The notes beneath the pieces are model-generated. The model searched no databases. It saw only the letters and a program-made list of their open reading frames with translations, and was not told the DNA's origin. Below, piece after piece: positions 9,626 to 18,236 of a stretch of DNA of 64,000 nt (within the stretch, counting starts at the first letter, position 1; every line of letters begins with the position of its first letter). The translations under genes and the position numbers were made by a program. The DNA comes from Burkholderiales bacterium. Its GTDB lineage: Bacteria; Pseudomonadota; Gammaproteobacteria; Burkholderiales; SG8-39. The stretch spans positions 61,125 through 125,124 of the forward strand of contig DASPRX010000261.1 in assembly GCA_035624235.1 (NCBI GenBank), in the 5' to 3' direction.

Positions 9626-11149
9626 TCATTGCGCCGACCCGAATTCCGCACTCAACTGCGCCCGCAGGCGAAAGCGCTGGATCTTGCCGGTCGCGGTGCG
9701 GGGCAACTCTCTCACTTCGCGTATCCACTTCGGCTGACTGTGCCTGGGCAGGGTGGCGGTGCAGCGCTCGGCAGCCGAGGCGGCGGCTCCAGGCGTGTCG
9801 CGCGGCACTACGAACAGCGCCAAGCGGTCGAAGCCGTCCCAATCGGGCACTACGACGCAGGCGGCCTCGCGCACGTTCTCGTCGAGAAGTACAGCCTCTT
9901 CGAGCTCGGCTGGTCGGACCCACTGTCCAGCTACCTTGTAGAGTTCGTCGGACCTGCCCTGATGGTAGAAGTAGCCGTCCGCGTCGCGCGTGAAAAGGTC
10001 ACCCGTGCAGAACCAGCCATCGCGAAACGCCTGCGCGGTCACTGCGGGATCCCTGTAGCCGAGCGCAAGCGACGGATGCCGCAGCCAAAGGACCCCGGGT
10101 TCGCCCAAACCGACCTCTACTCCTGCACCATCGACAATGCGGGTCTGGACGCCGGCCAGCGGTACCCCGCTGCTGCCATCGCGCGCGCGACCGGGAAAGT
10201 TGGAGATCGCGTTGCAGAAGGTCTCGGACATGCCGTAGCAGACCAGGATCTCGGTGCCCACCGCGGCGCGCCACTGGCGCAGGATCGCGTCCGGCAGACG
10301 CTCGCCGCCGGTGGCTACGATGGGGATGCCCGCAAACGGCGCCAGCTTGTCACTCGGAAGCGCAAGCAGCCGCCGAAAAAACGTCGGCACCGTGAAAAAG
10401 ACGCCCGGCCGGTGGCGTTCCACCTGCGCCGCTATCGCCTCGGCGTCGGGCCAGTCCTCGTTCAGGATCGTCGTGGCGCCACAGGCGAGGGCACCCGTGA
10501 AAGCATTGTCCAGCGCGAAGGCAAAAAACAGCTTCGATGTTGCAAGGATCACCGTCCCGGGGCGCGCAGAGGCCACTTCACGCAATAGCTTGCCGGCCCG
10601 CGACGCGTTGGTGTGACTATGCAGGATCGCCTTGGGCCGGCCGGTCGTGCCCGAGGAATAGAGCCAGAAGGCGGGTTCGTGCGCGCGTGTCGGATAAGAA
10701 GCCTCCATCGGCGCAGCGTCGCGCGCCAACGCCTCCAGCGACCCTGGTCCACCGCGCGCCGCCAGGAGCCGCGTGCGGCCGCCCGCCGCCTGCGCGGCGA
10801 GCAAGGAATGCGCAGGATCGAACAGCACGAGCCGCGCCTCGCTGTCGGCGAGAATGAAGCCGACGTCGGAAGGCGTCAGGCGGATGTTCACGGGCACGGC
10901 GACCAAGCCGGCCTTGAGCGCGCCGAGAAATGTGGCGCAGAACATCGGTGAGTCGTCCATCAGCATGCATAGCCGCTCGCCGGGCGCGAGATCTGCGGTG
11001 CGCAGGGCGTTCGCGACCCGGGCCGCAAGCTCTGCAAGTTCGCCGTAGCTGACGCTGCGTCCCGCCTGCAGGATCGCGGGTTGCGTACGCAGCGATGCCT
11101 CACCCGCATGCGCGAGAAGCACGTCGGCCGCGTTGAATTGGGACTGCAT
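9626..11149 (-). CDS. Benzoate-CoA-ligase-family AMP-dependent aryl-CoA ligase (paralog 2)
   Basis: ORF trimmed to ATG 11149 (GGAGAGG upstream). Motifs AFWLYSSGTTGRPKA, YGMSETF, GWFCTGD and PRTATGKIQRF. Colinear with paralog 1 and separated from it by 7 nt. Confidence 0.88.
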   Translation of the reverse strand: MQSQFNAADVLLAHAGEASLRTQPAILQAGRSVSYGELAELAARVANALRTADLAPGERLCMLMDDSPMFCATFLGALKAGLVAVPVNIRLTPSDVGFILADSEARLVLFDPAHSLLAAQAAGGRTRLLAARGGPGSLEALARDAAPMEASYPTRAHEPAFWLYSSGTTGRPKAILHSHTNASRAGKLLREVASARPGTVILATSKLFFAFALDNAFTGALACGATTILNEDWPDAEAIAAQVERHRPGVFFTVPTFFRRLLALPSDKLAPFAGIPIVATGGERLPDAILRQWRAAVGTEILVCYGMSETFCNAISNFPGRARDGSSGVPLAGVQTRIVDGAGVEVGLGEPGVLWLRHPSLALGYRDPAVTAQAFRDGWFCTGDLFTRDADGYFYHQGRSDELYKVAGQWVRPAELEEAVLLDENVREAACVVVPDWDGFDRLALFVVPRDTPGAAASAAERCTATLPRHSQPKWIREVRELPRTATGKIQRFRLRAQLSAEFGSAQ

Positions 11150-11288
11150 CGCCTCTCCGAGCCAATGCCCAGGGAGGGGTGGTCCCCGGCCATCCATCTA
11201 GAATCGTAAGCTGTCGAGGGCTGGCCTGTCGAACTGCACGTACCGCTAGGCCGGTCGGAGTGCCGACTGGACGGCGAGCCGAAAGCAG

Positions 11289-11317
11289 AAAAAAAACGGA
11301 CCCGAAGGGTCCGTTTT
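11289..11317 (-). terminator. Rho-independent terminator of glnK-amtB
   Basis: The minus strand reads ACGGACCC-ttc-GGGTCCGT followed by T8. It lies about 55 nt downstream of the amtB stop. Confidence 0.8.
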
Positions 11318-11335
11318 AACTACCTGTAAATCGCA

Positions 11336-11359
11336 GCGCCGCCGGCTTGCCGGCGGCGC
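11336..11359 (-). terminator. GC-rich stem-loop immediately after the amtB stop
   Basis: GCGCCGCCGG-cttg/caag-CCGGCGGCGC is a perfect 10-bp stem. The following U-tract is only weak. Confidence 0.4.
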
Positions 11360-11370
11360 GAGTTACTTGT

Positions 11371-12798
11371 TTAGGCTACCTGTTCACCATGCAGTGAGAG
11401 GTCCAAGCCTTCGCGCTCCTGATCTTCTGTTACGCGCAGACCAATGGACATGTCAATGACCTTGAGAATAATGAAGCTGCCGATTCCGCTAACAAGCAAC
11501 GTGGTTAGGACGCCATAAGTCTGGATAAGCAAGCTGCCATCCACGCCACTAATTGCCCGCACGTTGAATACGCCGGTCAGCAGTGCGCCGATGATTCCGC
11601 CGACGCAATGCACGCCGAACGCGTCGAGCGAATCGTCGTAGCCGAACATCGCCTTCACCGAGGTTGCCGCAAAGAAGCATCCGACCCCAGCTGCGATACC
11701 GATGACAAACGCACCCGTGATCCCGACGAAGCCTGAAGCAGGGGTGATCGCGACTAGACCGGCGACGGCGCCTGAGGCGATGCCCAGGACCGACGGCTTC
11801 TTCTTCGCCACCCACTCACTGAACATCCAGGACAGGGCCGCGACCGCAGTAGCGAGTTGCGTCACGGTCATCGCCATGCCCGCGCGCCCATTCGACGCAA
11901 CCGCTGAACCCGCGTTGAAGCCGAACCAGCCCACCCACAGAAGCGAGGCGCCGATTACGGTCAGCACGAGGTTATGCGGCGGCATCGCCTCCTTCCCGTA
12001 TCCTACGCGCTTGCCCAACACGAGCGCGCAGACGAGGCCGGCAATACCCGCATTGATGTGAACGACGGTCCCGCCGGCGAAGTCGAGTATTCCTGCGGTT
12101 GCCCACTTGCCGCTGGTGGACTCCCACATCATGTGCGCGATGGGCGAATAAATTAGCAGCGACCACAGACCCATGAACCAGAGCATCGCTGAGAATTTCA
12201 TTCGATCGGCAAATGCTCCCGCGATGAGCGCAGGCGTGATGATCGCGAAGGTCATCTGGAACATCATATAGACCGATTCCGGGATGGTCGTGCCCAGATG
12301 GCTGACAGTGACCTTTCCGGCCTCGGTCTGCAGCAGCATGCCGTTCAAGAAGAATCGACTAAACCCGCCGAAGTACGCGTTGCCCGGCGTGAACGCAAGG
12401 CTATACCCAACGATGACCCAGATCACAGTAACCAAACAAGTGATCGCGAAGCTTTGCATCACCGTCGCAAGCACGTTTTTCTTGCGCACCATGCCGCCGT
12501 AGAAAAGAGCGAGTCCCGGGATCGTCATCATCAGCACGAGAGCAGTAGAGGCGAGCATCCACGCTGTGTCACCGGAATTGATTTTGTCGGCCGTAGTGAG
12601 AAAAGGTTCTGTCGGCGCTGCAGGCGCGGGCGCTGCCGCAGGAGCTGGTGCGGCCGACGGTGCAGGCGTTGTCGCCGGAGCCGGTTGCGTCGCGGGTTGC
12701 GCCTGGGCCGTGGCGGCCGGCTTGTCGTCCGCGAGCACGTGGCCGGAGAATCCGACCGTGGCGAGCAGCGCGAGGATTGAAAAGAGCTTTCTCATCAT
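11371..12798 (-). CDS. amtB: Ammonium transporter AmtB
   Basis: ORF trimmed to ATGATG 12798/12795 (GGGAGA upstream). It has a signal peptide, a Pro/Ala-rich linker, then the Amt core (DTAWMLASTALVLMMTIPGLALFYGG, DFAGGTVVHINAG, DDSLDAFGVHCVGGIIG). Confidence 0.93.
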   Translation of the reverse strand: MMRKLFSILALLATVGFSGHVLADDKPAATAQAQPATQPAPATTPAPSAAPAPAAAPAPAAPTEPFLTTADKINSGDTAWMLASTALVLMMTIPGLALFYGGMVRKKNVLATVMQSFAITCLVTVIWVIVGYSLAFTPGNAYFGGFSRFFLNGMLLQTEAGKVTVSHLGTTIPESVYMMFQMTFAIITPALIAGAFADRMKFSAMLWFMGLWSLLIYSPIAHMMWESTSGKWATAGILDFAGGTVVHINAGIAGLVCALVLGKRVGYGKEAMPPHNLVLTVIGASLLWVGWFGFNAGSAVASNGRAGMAMTVTQLATAVAALSWMFSEWVAKKKPSVLGIASGAVAGLVAITPASGFVGITGAFVIGIAAGVGCFFAATSVKAMFGYDDSLDAFGVHCVGGIIGALLTGVFNVRAISGVDGSLLIQTYGVLTTLLVSGIGSFIILKVIDMSIGLRVTEDQEREGLDLSLHGEQVA

Positions 12799-12805
12799 GG
12801 TCTCC

Positions 12806-13153
<348 letters not shown>

Positions 13154-13180
13154 TTAGCCTTGGGTAGGACGCGCCACGCC

Positions 13181-13969
13181 CTATAGGGTCTTGCTGAAGG
13201 TGACCAAGAAGCGACCTTTGCCAAGGTCGTAATTGTTCACGCAGTAGGGGTTCTGGGCGGCGACACCCCCGCAGTCGGCGTTCGCATTCGTGTCAGAGTA
13301 GAAAAGGCCAAGGGTCCCAAAGCCGAGGTCCTTCGTTGCGCCGAGCTTCCAATCGGTGTAGCTCGCGTCCCCATAGTGACGCACGTCTTGGTAACCGCCG
13401 TGGGCGACCAGCGTAAAGCCGCTGCCGAGATCGAAATTGCCGGTCAGATCGAAGTAGCCGCTGCCTTTCGAGTCCTCGCCGGTGGTGGGGTTCACCCAGC
13501 CGAAAAGCTTGGTCACGCTGTAGGAGTACTTGGCCGTAAGCCACTTCCAGCTCAAAGCGCCGTAGATCTCGGTCGTGTTGGGATCGAAGCTGCCAAAGCC
13601 CGTGCCGGGGTATATGTAGGTCAGCGCACCGACGTCGTAGCCGAAGTCCTTGGCGAAGCTGCCCTTGTACCCGCCGTAGACATCCCACTCCATGCTTGCG
13701 CTTGAGCCGGGCACGGAGTCGCTGATCCAACTAATGTTGGACCCCCACGTACCTAGGTAAAACCCGCTCGAATGGGCAAAGTCGAATCCGCCCTGGATCG
13801 CCGGCTTGCCCCGAGTCTGAGCAATACCGCGATAAAGGTATTCAGAGGCGAGCGATACGTTCCCGGTAAACGTGTACGGTGGCGGGGTGGTCGCTGCCTG
13901 CTGGGCGGACGCAAGCGCCGGCGCGCCAATCGCCGCTGCGACAGAAAGGGCCAGAAAACTCCTTCGCAT
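13181..13969 (-). CDS. TorF/Gcw_chp-type putative outer-membrane beta-barrel porin
   Basis: Signal peptide ...APALASA. Motifs SEYLYRGIAQT, GGFDF and YLGTWGSN, with alternating aromatic/Gly strands. It is the first gene of the operon with glnK-amtB. Confidence 0.75.
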   Translation of the reverse strand: MRRSFLALSVAAAIGAPALASAQQAATTPPPYTFTGNVSLASEYLYRGIAQTRGKPAIQGGFDFAHSSGFYLGTWGSNISWISDSVPGSSASMEWDVYGGYKGSFAKDFGYDVGALTYIYPGTGFGSFDPNTTEIYGALSWKWLTAKYSYSVTKLFGWVNPTTGEDSKGSGYFDLTGNFDLGSGFTLVAHGGYQDVRHYGDASYTDWKLGATKDLGFGTLGLFYSDTNANADCGGVAAQNPYCVNNYDLGKGRFLVTFSKTL

Positions 13970-14018
13970 GATCGAGACTCCCTAGATAAATGACAAGATA
14001 GAAACCCACCATCGGCAT

Positions 14019-14034
14019 AGCATTCGCCGTGCCA
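14019..14034 (-). promoter_or_regulatory. Sigma-54 (-24/-12) promoter of the porin-glnK-amtB operon
   Basis: The minus strand reads TGGCACGGCGAATGCT, i.e. GG-N10-GC matching TGGCAC-N5-TTGCW. The -12 GC lies about 50 nt upstream of ATG 13969. Confidence 0.65.
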
Positions 14035-14096
14035 GATCCATTCCCTATATTTCTCAGCGAGTTATATCCAAGCTAGGCCGAGCTCTCCCCGGTTAA

Positions 14097-14111
14097 GCAC
14101 TGGTTTGGTGC
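14097..14111. promoter_or_regulatory. Candidate NtrC enhancer site
   Basis: GCACtggtttgGTGC has the GCAC-N7-GTGC core of the TGCACC-N5-GGTGCA NtrC consensus. It lies about 65-90 bp upstream of the sigma-54 promoter. Confidence 0.45.
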
Positions 14112-14187
14112 GCAGTCCGCCTCGGGGGCGTCAAAGCGGTGCGCGAGCCACTGGGTTAAGCTGCAAGCCCGTCTAGTTTTCTGGTAC

Positions 14188-14439
14188 ATGATCGATCGCG
14201 GCGTGCTCGACGAGTTGGGCAGGCGCATCACGCAAGCGGTGCGCGATGGCCCGGCGCAGGACATGGAAAAGAACCTGCGTGCGCTGCTGTCCGCCTTCTT
14301 CGACCGTTTCGACCTCGTCGCACGCGATGACTTCGACGTGCAGAAAAAGCTCGTAGAGCGCGCGCAAGCGAAGCTCGAGGCGATCGAGGCCCGTGTCGCC
14401 GAACTCGAGTCGCGACGCGGCGCGCCCCCGGCGCGGTAA
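14188..14439 (+). CDS. ubiK: Ubiquinone biosynthesis accessory factor UbiK (YqiC/BMFP family)
   Basis: MIDRGVLDEL...FDLVARDDFDVQKKLVERAQAKLEAIEARVAELE is colinear with E. coli YqiC as I recall it. Confidence 0.8.
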   Translation: MIDRGVLDELGRRITQAVRDGPAQDMEKNLRALLSAFFDRFDLVARDDFDVQKKLVERAQAKLEAIEARVAELESRRGAPPAR

Positions 14440-14502
14440 ACGGCCCACCCCCCGAATGCGTTGGTCCCTCGAGACGCCTTGCTGCGCGTCCGAGGGGGAC
14501 CC

Positions 14503-16002
14503 ATGCCGCTTGCCGTGGTCGCGAGCCGCGCGCTCGCCGGGATCGAAGCTCCGGAAGTCACGGTCGAGGTGCACCTCGGACCGGGACTGCCTGCATTTCA
14601 TATCGTCGGCCTACCCGATGCCGAGGTGCGCGAGGCGAAAGACCGCGTGCGCGCGGCGCTAAATCACGCGCACTTCGAATTCCCGGCGCGCCGCATTACG
14701 GTGAATCTCGCACCCGCCGATCTGCCGAAGGATTCGAGTCGCTTCGACCTTCCGATTGCGCTCGGCGTGCTTGCGGCGAGCGGTCAGCTGGCGCCCGAAG
14801 CGCTTGCCGGCCATGAATTCGCGGGCGAGCTATCGCTCACCGGCGAATTGCGCCCGGTGCGTGGAGCGCTCGCCATGGCGTTGCAGGCGCGCGGTGCCGG
14901 GCGCGCCTTCGTGCTGCCCGCGGACAACGCCCCGCAAGCGGCGCTCGCCGAGGGAGCGCGCGTATTGCCGGTGCGCACGGTGCTCGAGGTCGTGGCGCAC
15001 CTGATCGGCGAAGCGCCACTCGAGCCCTACGTCGGCGACCTGCGCGCAGCCCCGCCCGCCTACTCCGATTTCGACGAAGTGAAAGGCCAGCAACAGGTGA
15101 AGCGGGCGCTCGAGGTGGCCGCCGCAGGCAGCCACAGCGTATTGATGATCGGCCCGCCTGGTACGGGGAAGTCGATGCTGGCGGCACGATTTCCCGGGAT
15201 TCTGCCGCCGCTCTCGGAGGGCGAGGCGCTCGAAGTGGCCGCGGTCCAGTCGGTCTCGAGTGCGGGCTTCGACGCGCGCCAATGGGGCGCGCGCCCGTTC
15301 CGCGCGCCGCATCACAGCGCTTCGAGCGCTGCGCTGGTGGGCGGCGGGAACCTGCCGCGTCCCGGGGAGATATCCCTCGCGCACCACGGCGTCCTATTCA
15401 TGGACGAGCTGCCGGAGTTCGACCGCGACGTGCTCGAAGCCCTGCGCGAGCCGATGGAATCGGGGCGCGTGTCGATCGCGCGCGCTGCGCGCCAGGCGCA
15501 GTTCCCAGCGCGCTTCCAGCTGCTCGCTGCGATGAATCCATGTCCGTGCGGTCACTGCGGCGCGCCCGGGGGGCGCTGCCGCTGCACGCCTGAGCGCATT
15601 GCCCGCTACCGCGGCCGCGTCTCCGGCCCGCTCGCCGATCGCATCGATATCAAGCTGGAGGTCCCCGCGCCGCGCGACACCGACCTGCTCGCGAACGCGC
15701 CGGCAGAGTCCACCCGCGCCATCCGCGAGCGCGTGCTGCGGGCACGCGTAATCCAGACGGAGCGCCAGGGCAAGCCGAACGCCTTGCTCGAGACGCGCGA
15801 GATCGATCGCCACTGCGGCACTGACCGGGATGGCGACAAGCTGTTGCGCCACGCGCTCGCACGGCTGCTGCTCTCGGCGCGCGCCTATCATCGCGTGCTG
15901 CGCGTCGCCCGCTCGATCGCGGATCTCGCGGAAAGCCGGACAATCGCGGCCGAGCATATCGCCGAGGCGATCCAGTATCGCAGGCTCGACGCCTCGTTCT
16001 AG
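14503..16002 (+). CDS. comM: YifB/ComM-family Mg-chelatase-like AAA+ ATPase
   Basis: ORF trimmed to ATG 14503 (GAGGGGGA upstream). Lon-like N-domain, Walker A GPPGTGKSM, and a ChlI-like core. Confidence 0.9.
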   Translation: MPLAVVASRALAGIEAPEVTVEVHLGPGLPAFHIVGLPDAEVREAKDRVRAALNHAHFEFPARRITVNLAPADLPKDSSRFDLPIALGVLAASGQLAPEALAGHEFAGELSLTGELRPVRGALAMALQARGAGRAFVLPADNAPQAALAEGARVLPVRTVLEVVAHLIGEAPLEPYVGDLRAAPPAYSDFDEVKGQQQVKRALEVAAAGSHSVLMIGPPGTGKSMLAARFPGILPPLSEGEALEVAAVQSVSSAGFDARQWGARPFRAPHHSASSAALVGGGNLPRPGEISLAHHGVLFMDELPEFDRDVLEALREPMESGRVSIARAARQAQFPARFQLLAAMNPCPCGHCGAPGGRCRCTPERIARYRGRVSGPLADRIDIKLEVPAPRDTDLLANAPAESTRAIRERVLRARVIQTERQGKPNALLETREIDRHCGTDRDGDKLLRHALARLLLSARAYHRVLRVARSIADLAESRTIAAEHIAEAIQYRRLDASF

Positions 16003-16028
16003 GACCATCTGCTAGAGTCGGCCAGGTC

Positions 16029-16862
16029 ATGGCGACTTACGCGATTGGCGACGTGCAGGGCTGCTTCGACGAGCTGCAGGCGCTGCTCGCGCGCATCGGG
16101 TTCGATGCAGCGCGCGACCGTCTGTGGTTTGTCGGCGACCTCGTCAACCGCGGGCCGAAGTCGCTCGAGGTGCTGCGCGCGGTGCGCGCGCTGGGGGACC
16201 GCGCCGTGGTGGTGCTCGGTAACCACGACCTGCACCTCGTGTGCCTGTTCGAGGGTCACGCCCGGCGCCGCGCGGAGGACACGCTCAACGGATTGCTCGA
16301 GGCGCCGAATGCCGCGGAGCTGATCGGCTGGCTGCGCACGCGGCCCCTGATGCACGTCGAGGCGGGCTACGCTATGGTGCACGCAGGGCTGCTGCCCGGC
16401 TGGTCGATCGACCAGGCACGCGCTCATGCGCGCGAGGTCGAGGAAGCGCTCGCCGCGCCGGGCTACCGCGAATTCCTCGCGCACATGTACGGTAGCCTAC
16501 CGGACCGCTGGAGCGACTCGCTTACCGGCTGGGACCGTCTGCGCGTGGTGGTAAACGCGATGACCCGCATGCGCTTTTGCACTCGCGAAGGCGTCATGGA
16601 GTTTCGCGCCAAGGGAACGAAGTCGCCGCCCGGCTACGCGCCCTGGTTTGCGCTACGCGCGGGACGCGCGGAGCCTGCCATCGTGTGCGGCCACTGGTCG
16701 GCGCTCGGGCTGAAGCTCGAGGCGCGGCTCGCCGCGCTCGATACGGGCTGCGTGTGGGGAGGGGCGCTAAGCGCGTTGCGCCTGGAGGACCGTCGCCTGT
16801 ACCAAGTCGCCTGCGCGGCCTATCGCCCGATCGACGAACCCAGAGCCACGGAGGAACGGTGA
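16029..16862 (+). CDS. apaH: Bis(5'-nucleosyl)-tetraphosphatase, symmetrical (ApaH)
   Basis: MATYAIGDVQGCFDELQALL...WFVGDLVNRGP...VLGNHDLHL metallophosphatase motifs. Confidence 0.92.
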   Translation: MATYAIGDVQGCFDELQALLARIGFDAARDRLWFVGDLVNRGPKSLEVLRAVRALGDRAVVVLGNHDLHLVCLFEGHARRRAEDTLNGLLEAPNAAELIGWLRTRPLMHVEAGYAMVHAGLLPGWSIDQARAHAREVEEALAAPGYREFLAHMYGSLPDRWSDSLTGWDRLRVVVNAMTRMRFCTREGVMEFRAKGTKSPPGYAPWFALRAGRAEPAIVCGHWSALGLKLEARLAALDTGCVWGGALSALRLEDRRLYQVACAAYRPIDEPRATEER

Positions 16863-17272
16863 ACGACTGCGTGTTTTGCCGCATCGTCGCGGGGCAAATC
16901 CCCGCGACGCGCGTGTACGAGGATGCGCACACGATCGCCTTCATGGACATCGGACAGGTCAATCCCGGCCACGTGCTGGTCGCAGTCAAGGCGCACGCCG
17001 AGAGCCTGTATGAGCTCAGCGAAGATCAGGCGGCTGCGCTCGCTCGCGTCAGCATACGCGTGGCGCGCGCCATTCGCGCATCCTTCGCGCCGGAGGGCTT
17101 GTCGGTGTACCAGGCGAACGGTCGCGCTGCCGGTCAGACCGTGCTTCACTACCACGTGCATCTGCTTCCGCGCCATAACGGCGACGGCATGCAGCTCACC
17201 TGGCCGGTGAAGAACCCGCCGCGCGATCAGCTCGAAGCCTGCGCGGCGAAGATTCGCTCGGCCCTAGACTGA
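16859..17272 (+). CDS. HIT-family (HinT-like) nucleotide hydrolase
   Basis: ORF 16577..17272 trimmed to GTG 16859 (GGAGGA upstream). 4-nt overlap with the apaH stop. CVFCRI... and histidine triad HYHVHLLP. Confidence 0.85.
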   Translation: MNDCVFCRIVAGQIPATRVYEDAHTIAFMDIGQVNPGHVLVAVKAHAESLYELSEDQAAALARVSIRVARAIRASFAPEGLSVYQANGRAAGQTVLHYHVHLLPRHNGDGMQLTWPVKNPPRDQLEACAAKIRSALD

Positions 17273-17280
17273 CTGCGGCG

Positions 17281-18219
17281 CTATCGCCAGGGACTGAAGC
17301 CGAACGCCGTCTTGTAGCGTTCCTCGATCTCGTCGCGCGAGGGCGCGTGATTCTGCGCGCCGCGGTGCGCGATCTTGATCGCGCCCATGATCGAGCCTAG
17401 ACGCGCGGTCGTTGGCCAGTCCCAGCCACGCGCGATTCCGTACAGCAGTCCGGCGCGGTAGGCGTCTCCGCAGCCGGTCGGATCGACCAGGCGATCGGCC
17501 TTGACGCACGCAATCTCGTGACGCTTGCCGGCCGCATGAACCAGCGAGCCTTGCGCGCCGAGGGTGACGACCAGCGCCTTGACGTCTTTCGCCAGCTCTT
17601 CCAGGGTGCAGCCGGTTTTGTCTTGCAGCATCTTGCCCTCGTAGTCATTGACCGCAACATAGTCGGCGAGCGCGATGAACTCGCGCAGGTCGGTCGCGGA
17701 AAACATCGGCAGCCCCTGGCCTGGATCGAACATGAACGGGATAGCGTGCTGCGCGCATTGGCGCGCGTGCTGCTGCATGCCGTCCTTGCCGTCCGGACTT
17801 ACGATCGCGAGGGTCGCACCGAGACTGGGTCCTATCGAGTTCTGGTGAGAGTGGTTCATGGCCCCCGGGTGGAAGGCCGTGATCTGGTTGTCATCGAGGT
17901 CGGTGGTGATGAATGCCTGAGCGGTGAACTGGCCGTGCACCGTCTTAAGCAGGCCGGTACCGATGCCGAGACGCTCGAGGCGCGCGAGATAGGGCTGGAT
18001 GTCCTCGCCGACGGTCGCCATGACGAGGGGCTCTGCGCCCAGCAGCCGGAGGTTGTAGCCGATGTTGCCTGCCGTCCCTCCGAACTCCCGCCGCATCTCT
18101 GGCGTGAGAAAGCAGACGTTCAGAATGTGCAGCTGGTCAGCGAGCAGGTGGTTCTTGAAGCGATCAGGGAACACCATGATGGTGTCGTAGGCGATCGAAC
18201 CTGTAACGAGCGTGGCCAA
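17281..18219 (-). CDS. PfkB-family carbohydrate/nucleoside kinase (adenosine-kinase-like)
   Basis: GGTAGNIGYNL near the N-terminus and DPTGCGDAYRAG near the C-terminus. Confidence 0.8.
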   Translation of the reverse strand: MATLVTGSIAYDTIMVFPDRFKNHLLADQLHILNVCFLTPEMRREFGGTAGNIGYNLRLLGAEPLVMATVGEDIQPYLARLERLGIGTGLLKTVHGQFTAQAFITTDLDDNQITAFHPGAMNHSHQNSIGPSLGATLAIVSPDGKDGMQQHARQCAQHAIPFMFDPGQGLPMFSATDLREFIALADYVAVNDYEGKMLQDKTGCTLEELAKDVKALVVTLGAQGSLVHAAGKRHEIACVKADRLVDPTGCGDAYRAGLLYGIARGWDWPTTARLGSIMGAIKIAHRGAQNHAPSRDEIEERYKTAFGFSPWR

Positions 18220-18236
18220 GCGATCTCCGTCGGAGG

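Noticed and set aside
11371-12600. Lower G+C in amtB as a sign of horizontal transfer. Hand counts of two 60-nt lines, 11401-11460 and 12241-12300, gave 32/60 G+C each, against 47/60 for 10261-10320 in the neighbouring ligase gene.
   Set aside because: The gene sits in the universally conserved glnK-amtB pairing with native-looking sigma-54 control. A very hydrophobic membrane protein (Ile/Phe/Met/Thr-rich) is expected to lower G+C. There are no flanking mobile-element signatures.
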